Positions 13,121 through 26,711 are shown, counted from the stretch's first letter. The stretch is DNA of 64,000 nucleotides from Octopus sinensis (GCF_006345805.1 NC_042999.1:82646001-82710000), one strand, 5' to 3'. Numbers and translations: made by a program. Notes: generated by a model from the sequence alone, not told the origin.

Positions 13121-13505
13121 TCTTTTACCCGTTTCAGTCATTACACTGCGGTCATGCTGGGACACCTCCTTCAAATTTTTGGGCGAATGAATAGACACCA
13201 GGACTTATTTTTTTAAGGCTGCCACTTATTCTATCGGTTACTTTTGCCGAACCACTAAGTTACATTGACATAAACACACTAACACCGGTTGCCAAGTGGT
13301 GATGGGGAACAAGCACACACACACACACACACACACATATACGACAGGCTTCTTTCAGTTTCCGTCTACCAAATTCACTTACAATGCTTTGGTCAACCCG
13401 ATGCTATTGTAGAACACACTTGCCCAAGGTGCAACGAGGTGAGACTGATCCCGGATCTACGTGGTTGGGAAACAAGCTCCTTACCACACAGCCACTCCAG
13501 CGCCT
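13121..13505 (-). mobile_element. SINE family B, full length, diverged
   Basis: Head, (TG)n, 3' module and tail TGACTGAAACGGGTAAAAGA all present. Confidence 0.85.
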
Positions 13506-13629
13506 ATATTAATGCGACCCGAAACAAGTGATACCTTAGTAATGAGTATTGAAAGACTGCAGTAATAACACTTTTGCATCATTTCACTGTTTTGTTCCAA
13601 TAGAAGATGCGTAAAGTAAAAAAGTAAAG

Positions 13630-13864
13630 TTCTTTCACGAGTCATGATGATTCATAAGGGCCGGTTTCCCAGTTTTCATGGCGTATATAAATTCTCCACC
13701 TGGTCTGTCGCAGGATTACTCTTTAACTGCCAACTGGGTGGACTGGAGCAACTTGAAATGAAGCGTTTTTGCTCAAGAACACAACGCGTCACCAGGCCAA
13801 CGAATCGAAACCACAATCTTACGATCATGAGTCCAACACCCCAACCACTAAGCCACGTGCCTCC
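13630..13864 (-). mobile_element. tRNA-derived SINE family D
   Basis: Head TGGAGGCACGTGGCTTAGTGGTTGGGGTGTTGGACTCATGATC...GGTTTCGATTC, then TTCTTGAGCAAAAACGCTTCATTTCAAGTTGCTCCAGTCCAC. Confidence 0.75.
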
Positions 13865-14043
13865 ATGTAGATGCCTAAAGCGGCAAGGAACTTTAGTAAG
13901 ACAACAAGATATTACATGTTTCCATTAAAATATACCGAAATCCGTCCTATTCAAGAGACCTGTCCCGTCGAAGACATGCCTGACATGGGAAAGAAATGGA
14001 AGTAAAGGCATTCTGCTGTGAAGAATGCTCGGCAACGACGGGC

Positions 14044-14775
14044 TACTTTTACTGGTTTCAGTCAAAGGCTGAGGCTTTACTGGAGTACTGCTTTTCAGTG
14101 TTTTGGGGTCTCCTTTCGGCACTGTGTTTGCTGAAGAAGCGAATTGTACGAAGCTGCTCTTCTTTGTGCCTTCTGCCGCGATGTGGTCTCATCTGGGTTT
14201 TCAGACAGAAACTTCTCCAGATGCTTTATGAACGTTTCCACATCTATACCTAGCAGATCTCTTAGGTTCCTTGGCAGGATGTTAAACAGTTGTGGTTTCT
14301 TGAAACCCAGTCTGTTACAATACTGGGTCCTTAAGTGAGAGGAAGAAGGCGGTATTTTTGGTAGTATGCAATGCCGTCCATTTCGGTGGTTGGTATAGCT
14401 TTTAGTACCAAATTTGGGAACTAGAACTTTCCAGGATCTGCCATATGTGTATCACAGAATACATTTTACGCCTTCTCTCCAGGGAGTGAAGCTTCAGTTC
14501 TTGTAGCTTCTCCTAGTAGTTCGTCTGTGTAGTAGCGCTGGATTGCCTCAAGTTCTGCCGCCAATTTGACGCTCTGTGGCGACCACAGTTGGGCGCAGTG
14601 ATCCAGACGACTGAGGAAAAATATCCTCCATAAGAGTAGCACTGTATCCTTATTTCTGATTCTGAATGTTCTAATGATCCAGCCAGCTACTCGCTTTGCC
14701 AGTATTGCTATCCTGGCAATATGCACATGCAATGTTGCATCAGTACTCATGTGGATTCCCAGGTCACGCACCGAT
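14044..14775 (-). mobile_element. CR1/L2-group LINE, 3' fragment (pseudogenised ORF2 and 3' tail)
   Basis: RDLGIHMSTDATLHVHIARI...KRVAGWIIRTF...SRLDHCAQLWSP...LEAIQR, then LFNILPRNLRDL. The tail TGACTGAAACCAGTAAAAG matches the SINE B tail. Confidence 0.85.
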
Positions 14776-14829
14776 TCTAGCTCTGAGTATTTAGATTGGT
14801 AAATCTAAATTCATCTGCATATAGGGGGA

Positions 14830-15040
14830 AAGGCGATGAGCTGGCAGAATCGTAGGTACGTGGGAAAAATGCTTCACAGCATTTCTGCCGACTCTTTACG
14901 TTTTGTGTTCGAATCCCACTGATGTCCAATTTCCGTTTCATTCCTTCGAGGGTCCATAAAGCACGTACTACTCAAGTGTTGGGAATGATATAATCAACTT
15001 GAACTCATTCGAAAATTGCTGGTCTTCAACCCTGCAAACG
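14830..15040 (+). mobile_element. SINE family A, old copy
   Basis: AAGGCGATGAGCTGGCAGAATCGT head and degraded centre. Confidence 0.6.
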
Positions 15041-15232
15041 GACCAGCTTCAGATTCAGGGAGAATGTGGTAACCTCGGTTAATTATACGCCATGGAAGCC
15101 TGATAATCAACCTTATGAGTCCTAGGATCCGAGAAAAAGTATATATACAGCTCAAGATTTAATTACTAGGACTTTTCCTTGGCGCAGAATTTATATACAT
15201 ATGCCATACACGTACAGCTATATCTAGCCATG

Positions 15233-15307
<75 letters not shown>

Positions 15308-15376
15308 TCAGGGTGAGTACTTGATAATTGTAAGCACCTGTATATACCGTTTGGTGGTGTAGGTGGTGGAGTAAAT

Positions 15377-15552
15377 TAATCAAAATAAAAACATGATGCC
15401 AAGGATTCAGCGGTACATATGTTTCGGGCCTTTATTAGACGGATTTATAACAATGCATTATGCACACATTATGCATTGTTATAAATCCGTCTAATAAAGG
15501 CCCGAAACATATGTACCGCTGAATCCTTGGCATCATGTTTTTATTTTGATTA
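15377..15552. repeat. Perfect 82-bp inverted repeat with 12-nt loop
   Basis: Arms 15377-15458 and 15471-15552 are exact reverse complements; loop TATGCACACATT. Confidence 0.95.
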
Positions 15553-15573
15553 TATATATATATATATATATAT

Positions 15574-15853
15574 CGTCGCTCTTTTCAAGCCTAGCCAGAC
15601 TCATTGTCCCGGTTTCCCGGTTTCTGTGGCGTATGTGTTCCCCCCAGCTGGACGGGACACCAGTCCATCGCAGCGTTACCCAAGAAACAGGAAGAGAGAA
15701 AGTTGTGACGAAAGAGTGCAACGGGGGTTTCCACCACCACCTGCCGGAGCCTCGTGGAGCTTTTAGATGTTTTCGTTTAATAAACACACACTGCGATCCT
15801 CCGATCCTCCGACCGCGAGACGGGTGACCTAACCACTCAGCCATTGCGCCTCC
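15574..15853 (-). mobile_element. tRNA-derived SINE family C (Meta/V-domain-like)
   Basis: Reverse complement matches 36041-36345; central GCTGCGATGGACTGGTGTCCCGTCCAG...CAGAAACCGGGAAAC. Confidence 0.8.
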
Positions 15854-15869
15854 ACACACACACACACAC

Positions 15870-15922
<53 letters not shown>

Positions 15923-15931
15923 GTGTATATA

Positions 15932-16145
15932 TAGGAAGGGTGTTGAAAAGTTCTTGACTTTAAAGGAATCTCGAAGGATTGGTAGGAGTCCAAACATTAC
16001 GAGTTGTTTTACAGGGGTTAGAAAAACTGAAGTACCGCTGCAATGTGTGTATCCGAGAGGGAGCATGTTGGATAAAATCATAAGTTACTGATCTTCCTGT
16101 ATGATCTTTTACCCAAAGTCAAGAGCTTTGCAGCACGCCCTCTTA
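15932..16145 (+). mobile_element. mariner-derived MITE (~210 bp)
   Basis: ~30-bp imperfect TIRs TAGGAAGGGTGTTGAAAAGTTCTTGACTTT / TAAGAGGGCGTGCTGCAAAGCTCTTGACTTT inside TA tracts; internal remnant resembles a mariner C-terminus (KC...G.YVE). Confidence 0.6.
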
Positions 16146-16595
<450 letters not shown>

Positions 16596-16929
16596 GGTTT
16601 CTGCTCACCACGCTTCTCTAATAAGGCATTGGTCAATCTAAGCTGTAAATCTTTATTTGTATTTTCATTATTAAACATTTTCACACATCTATATCCAATA
16701 AATTCTAGAAACATAAAATTTAAATATTATTTAAATATAGTATGTAGCAGTTTTTATGTTTTGCGTTGTTTGTTTGTTTTTTTTTTTGTCATGTTTTCAT
16801 TTAATTTTTGCTTCTTTATTTATTTATTCAAAATATTTATTCATTTTAAGATAGAAACAGAAGTGGAGCAGAAAATCAGAAAAGTTCACTAAAGTCAGAC
16901 TTGAAACATATGAGATATTCGTAGACATC

Positions 16930-16967
16930 TCCTTTCATATATATATTATATATATATATAATATATA

Positions 16968-17023
<56 letters not shown>

Positions 17024-17237
17024 ATATATATATATATATATATATAGATATATATATATATATATATATTTAAATATATATATATATATATACATATATA
17101 TATACATACATATATATATATTTAAATATATGTATATATATATATATGTATATATAATACATATATATATATATATGTACATACACACACACATATATAT
17201 ACATATATATATATATACATACACACACACATATATA

Positions 17238-17287
<50 letters not shown>

Positions 17288-17375
17288 GTACATACACACA
17301 CACATATATATATATACATATATATATATACACACACACATATACATATATATATATGTGTGTGTGTGTGTGTAT
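16930..17375. repeat. (TA)n/(CA)n microsatellite block
   Basis: Seen directly. Confidence 0.95.
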
Positions 17376-17673
17376 TGTTTTGCTGTTCATGTACATATGT
17401 ACGTCTACTCCTTTTTTGTTTTTGCTTTTGTTTTTTTGTTTTTTGTTGGGGTTTTTTTTTTTGCTTTTTTTGGTCTTTTGGTTGATGTTGTAATTTTAGA
17501 CGTAAACATTATCAGACGGTAAATAACAAGCTTACAACAAAAGAAAATAGATTTTATTCTTGCCCGCTTTAGGATATATATTTATGTGTCTATTTAACTA
17601 TCTCTCGTTCCTTTATATACATACATAGATACAAACACACATACATACATACATACATACATACATACATACA

Positions 17674-17707
<34 letters not shown>

Positions 17708-18014
17708 CATACATTCCTAAATATATAAATATATATATATATGTCTGTGTGTTTGTACATTTTTTTCATGCATAAAACAAATGTCGACTACATAACAAGT
17801 GTATGTGTACATACGTATTCATATCTTTTTGTTCACAAGAAGACAATTTAAATTTTATCACCATGAGTAAGACTAGAGAGATTGAGAAAATGAGAAACGG
17901 GGAAAGACATGTGTATATATGTTTGTATAAATATATTTCAGTTTGTATATACATATAATATATTTGTAAATATAAATATATTTACATATCTAGAGAGGAG
18001 ACAGACAGAGTGAC

Positions 18015-18228
<214 letters not shown>

Positions 18229-18409
18229 ATACATACATAGATATACTAAGTTGTCCTAAAACTGAATTTAGTAGGGGTTTTTTAAATATTTTCTTTTAAT
18301 ATACTTCTTTTTTAAATGGTTATCATGTTTATTTCCACTAGAAATATTGCTACAATTTTATTACTACACATTTTTTGTGTATGATATCAGTTCAGCTCTG
18401 TTGGAAAGA

Positions 18410-18440
<31 letters not shown>

Positions 18441-18974
18441 CATACATACATACATACATACATAGTGTATGTATGTGTATGTGAGAGAGTGAGAGCTATG
18501 AAGAACCCAAGCAATACTAAGAACATATTTCTGTGGTCTATCAATGTTTTAAGGCATTTCACATTGAAAGAAGACAAATTGATTTCATTGTACCCAATCA
18601 GAAACTAGCATAAATAGTATATAACAAATCAAAAAATTTTTTAATCTTTGCTTCAACAACAGACCTTAAACTTTCAAGCCATTGGAAAATTTCAAATGAC
18701 TAACGTAATTTACAAATTTATATGTAAGCATTAAAGTCGTTAGCTACTAAAAACATACGCCGATATTTTAGTTATTTTTTGTAGAATGTAAAACACAGAT
18801 TTATATCGTATACGTACATGTACCTTGCTTTCCCACCAGCTAGTAAGACATCTAATATAATGTGATATAGAATAGAATATATTACAGAACGCTACATAAA
18901 AATAAACAGGAGAAAACATATACTTAAAGCATGGTGCATTATATAGAATTAAAGAAAAAAATCTTTTATAATGG

Positions 18975-19374
18975 ACTAGCAGTATCGCCCGGCGTTGCTC
19001 GGGTTTGTAAGGGAAATAACTATATAAGCATTTTTAGAGATGTAAAGTATAATAGCCATCTCAATATGGCTAACCACAAAGGGTGGGGGGTGTTACTGTA
19101 GCTTTTTACGTTCTGAGATTTAATAATAAATTTTTAGAGAGTTACTTCCCTTATATATGCCAAAAATGCATTACAAATGGGAAAAATTGATGGTAATTTT
19201 TTTTTAAATCGTAGACTCATCGTAGACGCGCGCTAATACCCAGAAGGGCTCGATATGAATCACGGCTATAAGATACCCGGTTTTGGTTAAACTGCACCGC
19301 AAAATGTGGGAGTAGTTAGGAATCTAAATCGTAGGAGACAGACAGCACACAACCTCAATTTTATATATAAAGAT
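18975..19374 (+). mobile_element. Non-autonomous Helitron/Helentron-like element (HINE/Lep1/DINE-type architecture)
   Basis: Starts ACTAGCAGTATCGCCCGGCGTTGCTCGGG (short hairpin CCCG...CGGG); ends GACAGACAG...TTTTATATATAAAGAT, as typical of this group. Confidence 0.6.
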
Positions 19375-20097
19375 ATACAAATTTGCAGACAATACTTTGG
19401 TGTGGTCATCCTTGTAATGGCTAAAAGAAACTAAAGAACAAGTATCCCATGTTCTCTTCCGGCTGACAGTGAATATACTACAAGGTGCCATTCGAATAAA
19501 AAAGCATATTTATCGTAGAACGTAATGAAACACTTATTCATGGTGAAGAGAGCTTTCCAAGGTTTCGACGAAGAACGTTCCGTTAAACCTTCATTGAGAA
19601 AATGAATTCTGAAAACTATGTGTAAAAGGGTGAGTATTCTACAGGATGAGCAGCCTTGACAAATTTCTCGAGCAGAATCAGTGTTACAAGATGCTATGAG
19701 GTTGAAACTTTGAATTTCAAGTGCCATCCAGGAAAGATTGCGCATGTAATTATCACTTCATGTGACAAGTTCTTCAAATCATAGAAGGATTTCTCGATAC
19801 TAATTTAACGTCAGCCTTATGTATGCGAGTAGGTCTGTGCTTGTATGTCTACGCGCGTCTGTGTGTGTGTGTGTGTATGCTCTCTGTACATATGTATATG
19901 TAAAGCAAAATAATACGAGTTACCATTAGTTTCACGATTCTCGTGTTCAAACCCTGTTTGTCCCTACTGCGTTAGAAATTTACGTTTTTGTCTGTAAAAT
20001 ACCAAACACATTCGACATTTCCAAAGTTTACTTATCAAATTTTGTCGCATTCGAAAAAGCTATTATTTAGCTTTCAAATTGACGGTAATTGTTGTCA

Positions 20098-20421
20098 GCG
20101 GGACGTTTAACTTAATGGTAGGGTACTCAGTCGGAAGGCGGCGAGCTGGCAGCAACGTTAGCACGCCGGGCGAAATGCTGAGAAGTATGAGTTATGAGTT
20201 TTCCTTTAAAATTCCGCCGAGGTCGATTTTGCCTTTCATCCTTTCGGAGTCGATTTAAATAAGTACCAGTTACGCACTGGGGTCGAAATAATCGACTTAA
20301 TCTGTTTGTCTGTCCTTGATTGTCCCCTCTGTGTTTAGCCCCTTGTGGGTAGTAAAGAAATAGGTAGAGTACTCAGTCGGTATCCAAGGGTTATGGGTTC
20401 GATTCCCGTAGTTGCCCGCCA
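20098..20421 (+). pseudogene. tRNA-like sequence (tRNA pseudogene or SINE head) split by the SINE insertion
   Basis: Removing the SINE and one TSD gives GCGGGACGTTTAACTTAATGGTAGAGTACTCAGTCGGTATCCAAGGGTTATGGGTTCGATTCCCGTAGTTGCCCGCCA, with A-box, T-arm and partial acceptor pairing. The anticodon stem is broken. Confidence 0.5.
20135..20362 (+). mobile_element. SINE family A (tail type 1) with 18-bp TSD
   Basis: TSD GGTAG(G/A)GTACTCAGTCGG at 20117-20134 and 20363-20380. Confidence 0.9.
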
Positions 20422-21079
20422 ACAACCCCCTTTCTGTCTTGTAAGCGTAAATACGCAATATTTCTGCTGTTTTCACGGCTATACTATGTTCGAAATTTAC
20501 ATTGTCTGTAAAATACTAAACACATTCGGCGCTTCCAAAGTTTGTTTATAAAATGTTGTTGCATTCGAAAAAGCTATTGTTTATCTTTAAAATTGGCGGT
20601 AATTGTTGTCGACTTCCGTAGCCGCCTGCTGGCAACTTTTATTACTTCTGTCTGCAATATGTGTCTTGAAAACGCATTTTGCAGATTTTCCTTTCCATCA
20701 GCAGCTGAGCGGGATTTCCCTTTGTGATCTTAAGTCTGGTGGAAACCAGTTTTTGAAGTTGATGGGAAACGAAAATAGTTTTTCGTTTAACAATACTCAC
20801 TTGCTCAATAAAATTTAGGGCATAATTACCGAAGTATACCCACTGAATTTTTTTTTTCTTGTAACTTTCTGTAAAATGGGAATTAATTACAAATTTTATA
20901 AATGCGTTTCAGATGGTGCATACTATGATTATATTGGAATGTGTGTGGAAAACCTTCTGGGGCGAAAACGTTTCGGATAAATCACGAGTCGACTGCTCTC
21001 CATAATTTTCTGAAAAAGAGAACGTTTTTAATGAAATTTTCAAGAAATAACTTTCAGTTGTTTTAGATTAGGATTCATG

Positions 21080-21605
21080 CCCACTTTCCCTCCTCCCCTG
21101 CCTCTACCTCTCTCTCTTCTCTCCCCACGTGACCGGTGTTCGGCCAAGCCTGACCTTTCTTTCTTGGTTCGACTACCATCTATGCAACATCTATATTCCT
21201 CCCTGTGCCTGTCAAACCCTATGTCCCTGCCGTAAGGCTTTACTTCCACACACGCCAGCTTAATTTAATTCGTCCTTAGTCGAAAGATACCTGTTGTTAT
21301 TTGTATTTGTATTTGTGTAACATTTCTCCGTTTTTCCGTCCTTGTTTTCGTGTACATTCGCTGCTTTCTTCCAAGGAATCTAATGCTCTTAGCTTAGTTT
21401 TTTCCTTGGGGCTGGCCAGATTGGAGCAACCTCGAGTGTAACCAGCTGAAATTGCAAAGATAATCTGGAACTCGACTGAGGAAAGAAAACTCCGAATGAC
21501 CCGTTCTTGTTTTCTTTGTATCGTTGGTTTGGATGTTTTGCGTTCTTGTCCTATTTTTGTATTTTTTATAAATAGATATATAGCGGCGTACGTACACTTT
21601 AGTCT
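21080..21605 (+). mobile_element. Probable Penelope-type 3' region or pseudo-LTR, decayed
   Basis: C/T-rich tract similar in character to the 3' part of 49527-50489; decayed CTGAGGA-A-AGA-AAAC-TCC-GAAT motif at 21476-21497; T-rich end running into (TA)n. Confidence 0.35.
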
Positions 21606-21663
<58 letters not shown>

Positions 21664-21667
<4 letters not shown>

Positions 21668-21795
21668 GGGCTTCTTTCAGTTTCCCTCTACCAAATCCAC
21701 TCACAAGGATTTGGTCGGCCCGAGGTTATACTAGAAGACACTTGCTGATGGTGCCACGCAGTGAGACTGAGCCCAGGACCATGTGCTTGGGAATT
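21664..21795 (-). mobile_element. SINE family B, 5' half
   Basis: GGGCTTCTTTCAGTTTCC...CAAATCCACTCACAAGG...GAAGACACTTG on the + strand. Confidence 0.8.
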
Positions 21796-22294
21796 AAAAA
21801 ACTTTTGAGGACTATTCCACCGTTTCCCGAAAATTGACTAACGTAAGTAAATTAAAGCCCGTTTTCCTATTCAGATTTCTATTTCTTCAACAACGTCCAA
21901 ATATGAAAAGGTACAACAATCAGTATAATTTGGTTGACACTGGATTAAACTTATAATTCGTAGAAAGTAGCTTTACAAATACTTGGTCAACCTTTATGAC
22001 CAAATTTAAACTACCCTGCACTAAATCGAAATGCCGCATTGAGTAAGATTTGTGATTCAAACATATACTCGAAATATTCGATAATGAAAACAATCTTCAA
22101 AACTGAATTTTCATAAAAACGTATTAAAACTGGAATTAAAAAAAAAAAATTCCAGACAGCCTAACCATTTATAAATTGATTTCTTTTAGAGAAAGTTACA
22201 TATAACCAACTAATTAATAAGCAGCTTACTCTATTAGAGCATAGATACATAATTTATGGTCATATTTATCAACATCGTTATCATTATTATTACT

Positions 22295-22995
22295 AAGAAA
22301 TAATTATTAGCGGCAGAAGCAATACTAAATACCAAAAGGCAATTTTTATATCCAACTTAACATGGGTGTATTATTAGAGCACAGAATACTGCGTTATTTA
22401 CTTAGAGTGAACCTCTCATATAGATGCATGGGACATAAAAACACATATATTTATATGGATAGCTGACGAGAATCGTCTGCAACAGGCGCCGGCCTGGTAA
22501 GTCACACGATTTCGACGTGCCCCGTCTCTTCTCTTTTATGAGTTCTTAAAAGTAGTCACATTCGTATCGCATAATTATATGCATTATGCGTCTATATGAG
22601 AAGTCAGCTAATGAAACAACGCAGTATTCGGCACTCTAACAATACATATTAAGTTGGATATAAAGATTGTTTTTTTATATCAATTCTGCTTCTGTCGCTA
22701 ATTATTTTTTTTTAATAAGCTTGTTGGCTATTTGCAAAATCAGTTTCTGAAGGGTCACCGAAATTCTATATATCACTGGCAGTAATATTTGCCTATATGC
22801 GGCTACCGGTTGTAATGCTACTGAAGAGGTTGGACACGTCGATATCACGTGATCTGAGAGTTTCAGCGCCCATAGCAGACAATTCAATAAATATGTATGC
22901 TTTTATGCACGATGCGCCTATATGAGAGGTCTTCACAAAGTAAATACACAGTATTCGGTACTTTAACAATACAACCATATTAAATTGAATATAAA
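22295..22995. repeat. Fold-back cluster: one segment present three times, first copy inverted
   Basis: Core TATATGAGAGG...CGCAGTATTC...TAAGTTGGATATAAA occurs inverted at ~22340-22430 and direct at ~22590-22670 and ~22915-22995; homology of the outer pair extends to ~22535/22820. Confidence 0.65.
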
Positions 22996-23015
22996 GATTA
23001 TTATTACTGTTGCTT

Positions 23016-23228
23016 AAGGTGGTGAGCTGGTAGAATCGTTAGCACGGACAAAATGCTTAGCGCTATTTCGTTCGTCTTTTTTTTTAGTTCAGATGCTGCC
23101 GGGGTCGACTTTCTTTCTCATCCTTTATGGGTCGATAAAGTAAAGTACCGGTCGAGAGCTGTGGTTGATGTAATCGACTTTCCATCCCTTCAAAAGTTGC
23201 TGGCCTTGAGCCAAAATTAGGAAGATTA
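23016..23228 (+). mobile_element. SINE family A (tail type 2)
   Basis: AAGGTGGTGAGCTGGTAGAATCGTTAGCAC head, centre and GGCCTTGAGCCAAAATTAG tail. Confidence 0.8.
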
Positions 23229-26200
23229 TTTTTGTTGTCGTTACTGTCCTCAAGTCACGATGTAGGGTCGCATATTAATTATAAAAAGTTAGGCAATTAC
23301 TTTGAAGAGTCGAAGCTGCACAGCATGCCATCAAGCAATATTATAGAGATACCTGAACGTATTCTACTAACTTGCTGCAAGATATTTTCAATCGTATTCA
23401 TCTATTTATCTATAATCCCGTATTTCATTGTAGAGTTATACTATCTTCGTTACATCACAGAAATTAATTTTAAAATTAATTTTTTGCTCTTCTTTGGGTC
23501 TTTTAGAAAATTCCATTACTTTTAATTAGTATCGTTACATGCCTATCGTACCCTAACTTCCTCAGCTATTTTATGACATTTTTTATTAGTTTATTGAAAT
23601 GCCTCATTCAAGGAACTATTATGAATATTTTCTCCCCTTGACCTATCAGTCTACAGAATTTTAAATTGAACTTTGCCATTAATGTTGAATATAATCATTA
23701 TTCACTCAAGCTATCTGTAAAGCCATCTTAATCTTATTTTACTTTAAACTGATACGTTCACAAAACAAAATATTCTAAACATAAGATTAATGTCGCGTGG
23801 CTTTTAAACTTAAAATTACCACATAAACCCTTTTAAAACAATTTTAATGAGTCATTTATCTCTTATACAACTCTTTATTTATAATTTTTTCAATAATACT
23901 TTTTTGCCATTTTATTCAAATTACCGTTTATTGCTTCCTCCTCTAGACACCATTCAATTTTTGTCATTATGGTATACACCACTGTATTCAAAATTTCTAA
24001 TCTTGCGTATCTCTTATTTATTTATTTTTTTACTGTCAAATGTAATTCTTCTTTATTCACTTTGTTTTTTGAATTCATCATTTATTATCATGTAGCTTCA
24101 AGACTTCGATATTGTGACTTGCTTATTTTTACAATGACATTGTAAGTATGAAAGGCCAGATCTAGCCTGCTTGAACTTAAAATAGAAATTTTGGGCCATA
24201 TAGTAGGTTACGATGCTAAAGAGACATGCCATACATATATGTTAGCTGGTTGATAATAAGATTATATTTACCAAAGAGATCACTGAAGTCACAAAATTTC
24301 ATAGAAAACTAAATGTGTCAAAATATTGCAAATAAGCATGAAAAACTGAACAAAATTGCAGTAACCCTGCTTTTTTTTCTTTTTCAATTTTTTAAATCAA
24401 AGATTTCCAACCACCAAACTCAAACCATTCCTATTTGTTCTTTGTTACCCCTTTTTCACCACTCAATACTGCCGATTTCTTTCCAGTTCTTCACTCCAAC
24501 TTTTATACAACTTACATCTATTTATGTATGTTTTCTAACGAAACTGTTAGCTTTTAGTGAAATTTAAAACAACTGTAATCTTTATTATCATATGCCTATA
24601 TATAAATCGAAATTATTTTAAATTTATCATTTCACTGTTTCGTTCTTCCAGGTTACAAACAGTTGTAAAATATAGAATGTAAATATGTTCGAATCCCAAA
24701 TAGTTTAAAGAGCGCAATAATAACCCCCTCACATATAAACACACACTGTGACCTTCTAGATTTCTGACATGAAGCAATTGAAAAATACCATATTTATCGA
24801 TTGATATGGCGCCATTTTCCCATAAAAGATGTCCCAGAAAATCAACCAGTATTTTATAAATACAAAGTCAGAGTTTGGCTTATCAGATGCCGTAATGCGC
24901 TTCAACTACCACTTGCCAGTAACTTCCAATTATAGATATCTCTATTATAAAACTATATTTCAGAGTTATTAATGTTTTCTAAGATAACAATGCATGCATA
25001 TCAACAGTATTTGCGTCATATAAAACAACATCTGTTTGGAAGAAAATTAAATAAAATTGCTTCAATAAACACCATAATCAAATTAGCAGTCGTTTACATA
25101 CCAAACTTAAAATATTGAACAAAATTAAGGCATTTTGCTATATGTAAAATAATCAGTATTTCACGATGTAAAATGAGTTAATAGTCAATATTATATTACA
25201 TTATGCTGTATTGTATTATATGTTATGTTATGGTATATCGCTTACTGAATACCCATACGCTATATTACGTAACACAGTATAATAAAAAAAATATATAATA
25301 TGCTATAATATTGGCTATTAACCCATTTTATACAGTGATACTTTGACAAAATTTTAAGACTTCCAGATTTGTGATTATACCTGTGCCTGCCTATAAAAAA
25401 GAATAATTTTGAGACAAGAATTATGTAACATATTTTTGTAGGAACCTTTTGTTGCGTACGAAACGCAACTTTCATATATGATTAAACAAAATAAAATAAG
25501 TCGTAGTTATTTTATGAATTCAGTCTAAACACAAATATTTTAAAATTTTATTAAAACACATAGGTTGTATTTTTTAGTAAAAAATAAAAGCAAAAAAGTT
25601 AAAGATATCTCAATATAAAAAAGGATAGCGAGACTTCATAAGAATCGAAAAACATCAAACTATAAAATTAACTGACAGTGGGGGAGGGGACAGTGAATGT
25701 CAAGCATAAATGGTGTTTTTACTTTTTCTTTTTTTTCTTTTTTCTTTTTTTCAAGAAAACCGACAAAAATTGATGGGCGCTTTATGGATTAAATATTTGT
25801 CTGGATGAAACATTGTGTTATCATATGTAACATTTCTCGAAAAGCGAGTACCTTTGACTCAGAGACTGAACGACGATATGTAGAATAAAGTGTTCTGCCA
25901 ACAATAAAGTGTTCTTCGCAGGTATTACTTCCATAGTGGATAATGGTACAATTGCTATTCGGTATGAGCATATCTAAGCCGGCGTCAGCCGTAAAAATAT
26001 GGATGAAGGGCATAAAAATATGGATGAAGAAGGGACTTCGGGAGATGGAGAGCTGATGTTCTGCTGTGAAAGGACCAAGTATAGACATTAGAAAAACCTA
26101 GTGATGAAACACAATTTATAAGAGACGGGGAGGTTGTTGTAGTTGAGAGGAACATAATTTTTATAGTAGTTACAGAATAAACAGAGAGATTTGACAGCCT

Positions 26201-26404
26201 TTTCCCATTGTTTCGTAAGAATTGTAGCGGTTCAAGCAACTATTCGAATCTGAATTATTTTTTATCTTCACAGACGAAAGCTAAACTTTAAAAGAATGTT
26301 GTAAGAGTAACCCACAAGGATCACGTATTGTGAGTCCTTACCATTTTTGTCTTTTTGTGGGTGTATTTTATATAATTTTATGTCTAAATAGTGTTTCCTT
26401 GGTT

Positions 26405-26630
26405 AAGGCTGCGAGCTGGCAGAAACGTTAGCACGTCGGGCGAAATGCTTAGCAGTATTTCGTCTGTCTTTACGTTCTGAGTTCAAATTCTTCCGAGGTC
26501 AACTTTGCCTTTCGGGGTCGATAAATTGAGTACCAGTTACGCACTGGGGTCGATGTAATTGACTTAAACCCTTTGTCTATCCTTTTTTTTCCTCTCTATG
26601 TTTAGCCCCTTGTGAGCAATAAAGAAATAA
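26405..26630 (+). mobile_element. SINE family A (tail type 1)
   Basis: Near-consensus full copy. Confidence 0.9.
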
Positions 26631-26711
26631 GTGTTTCCTTGATATGAACAGTGATTGTGTCTTTATGTATTTCTATTATTCAAAGAAGGTAGATATATTT
26701 TTATCAATAGT

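Noticed and set aside
19431-19745. 104-aa minus ORF and a plus-strand GG|GTGAGT donor at ~19628
   Set aside because: No recognisable domain and no consistent acceptor-frame-donor combination.
25905-26110. Exon-like or piggyBac-like segment with a 21-nt internal duplication
   Set aside because: In-frame stop, and motif similarity too weak to call.
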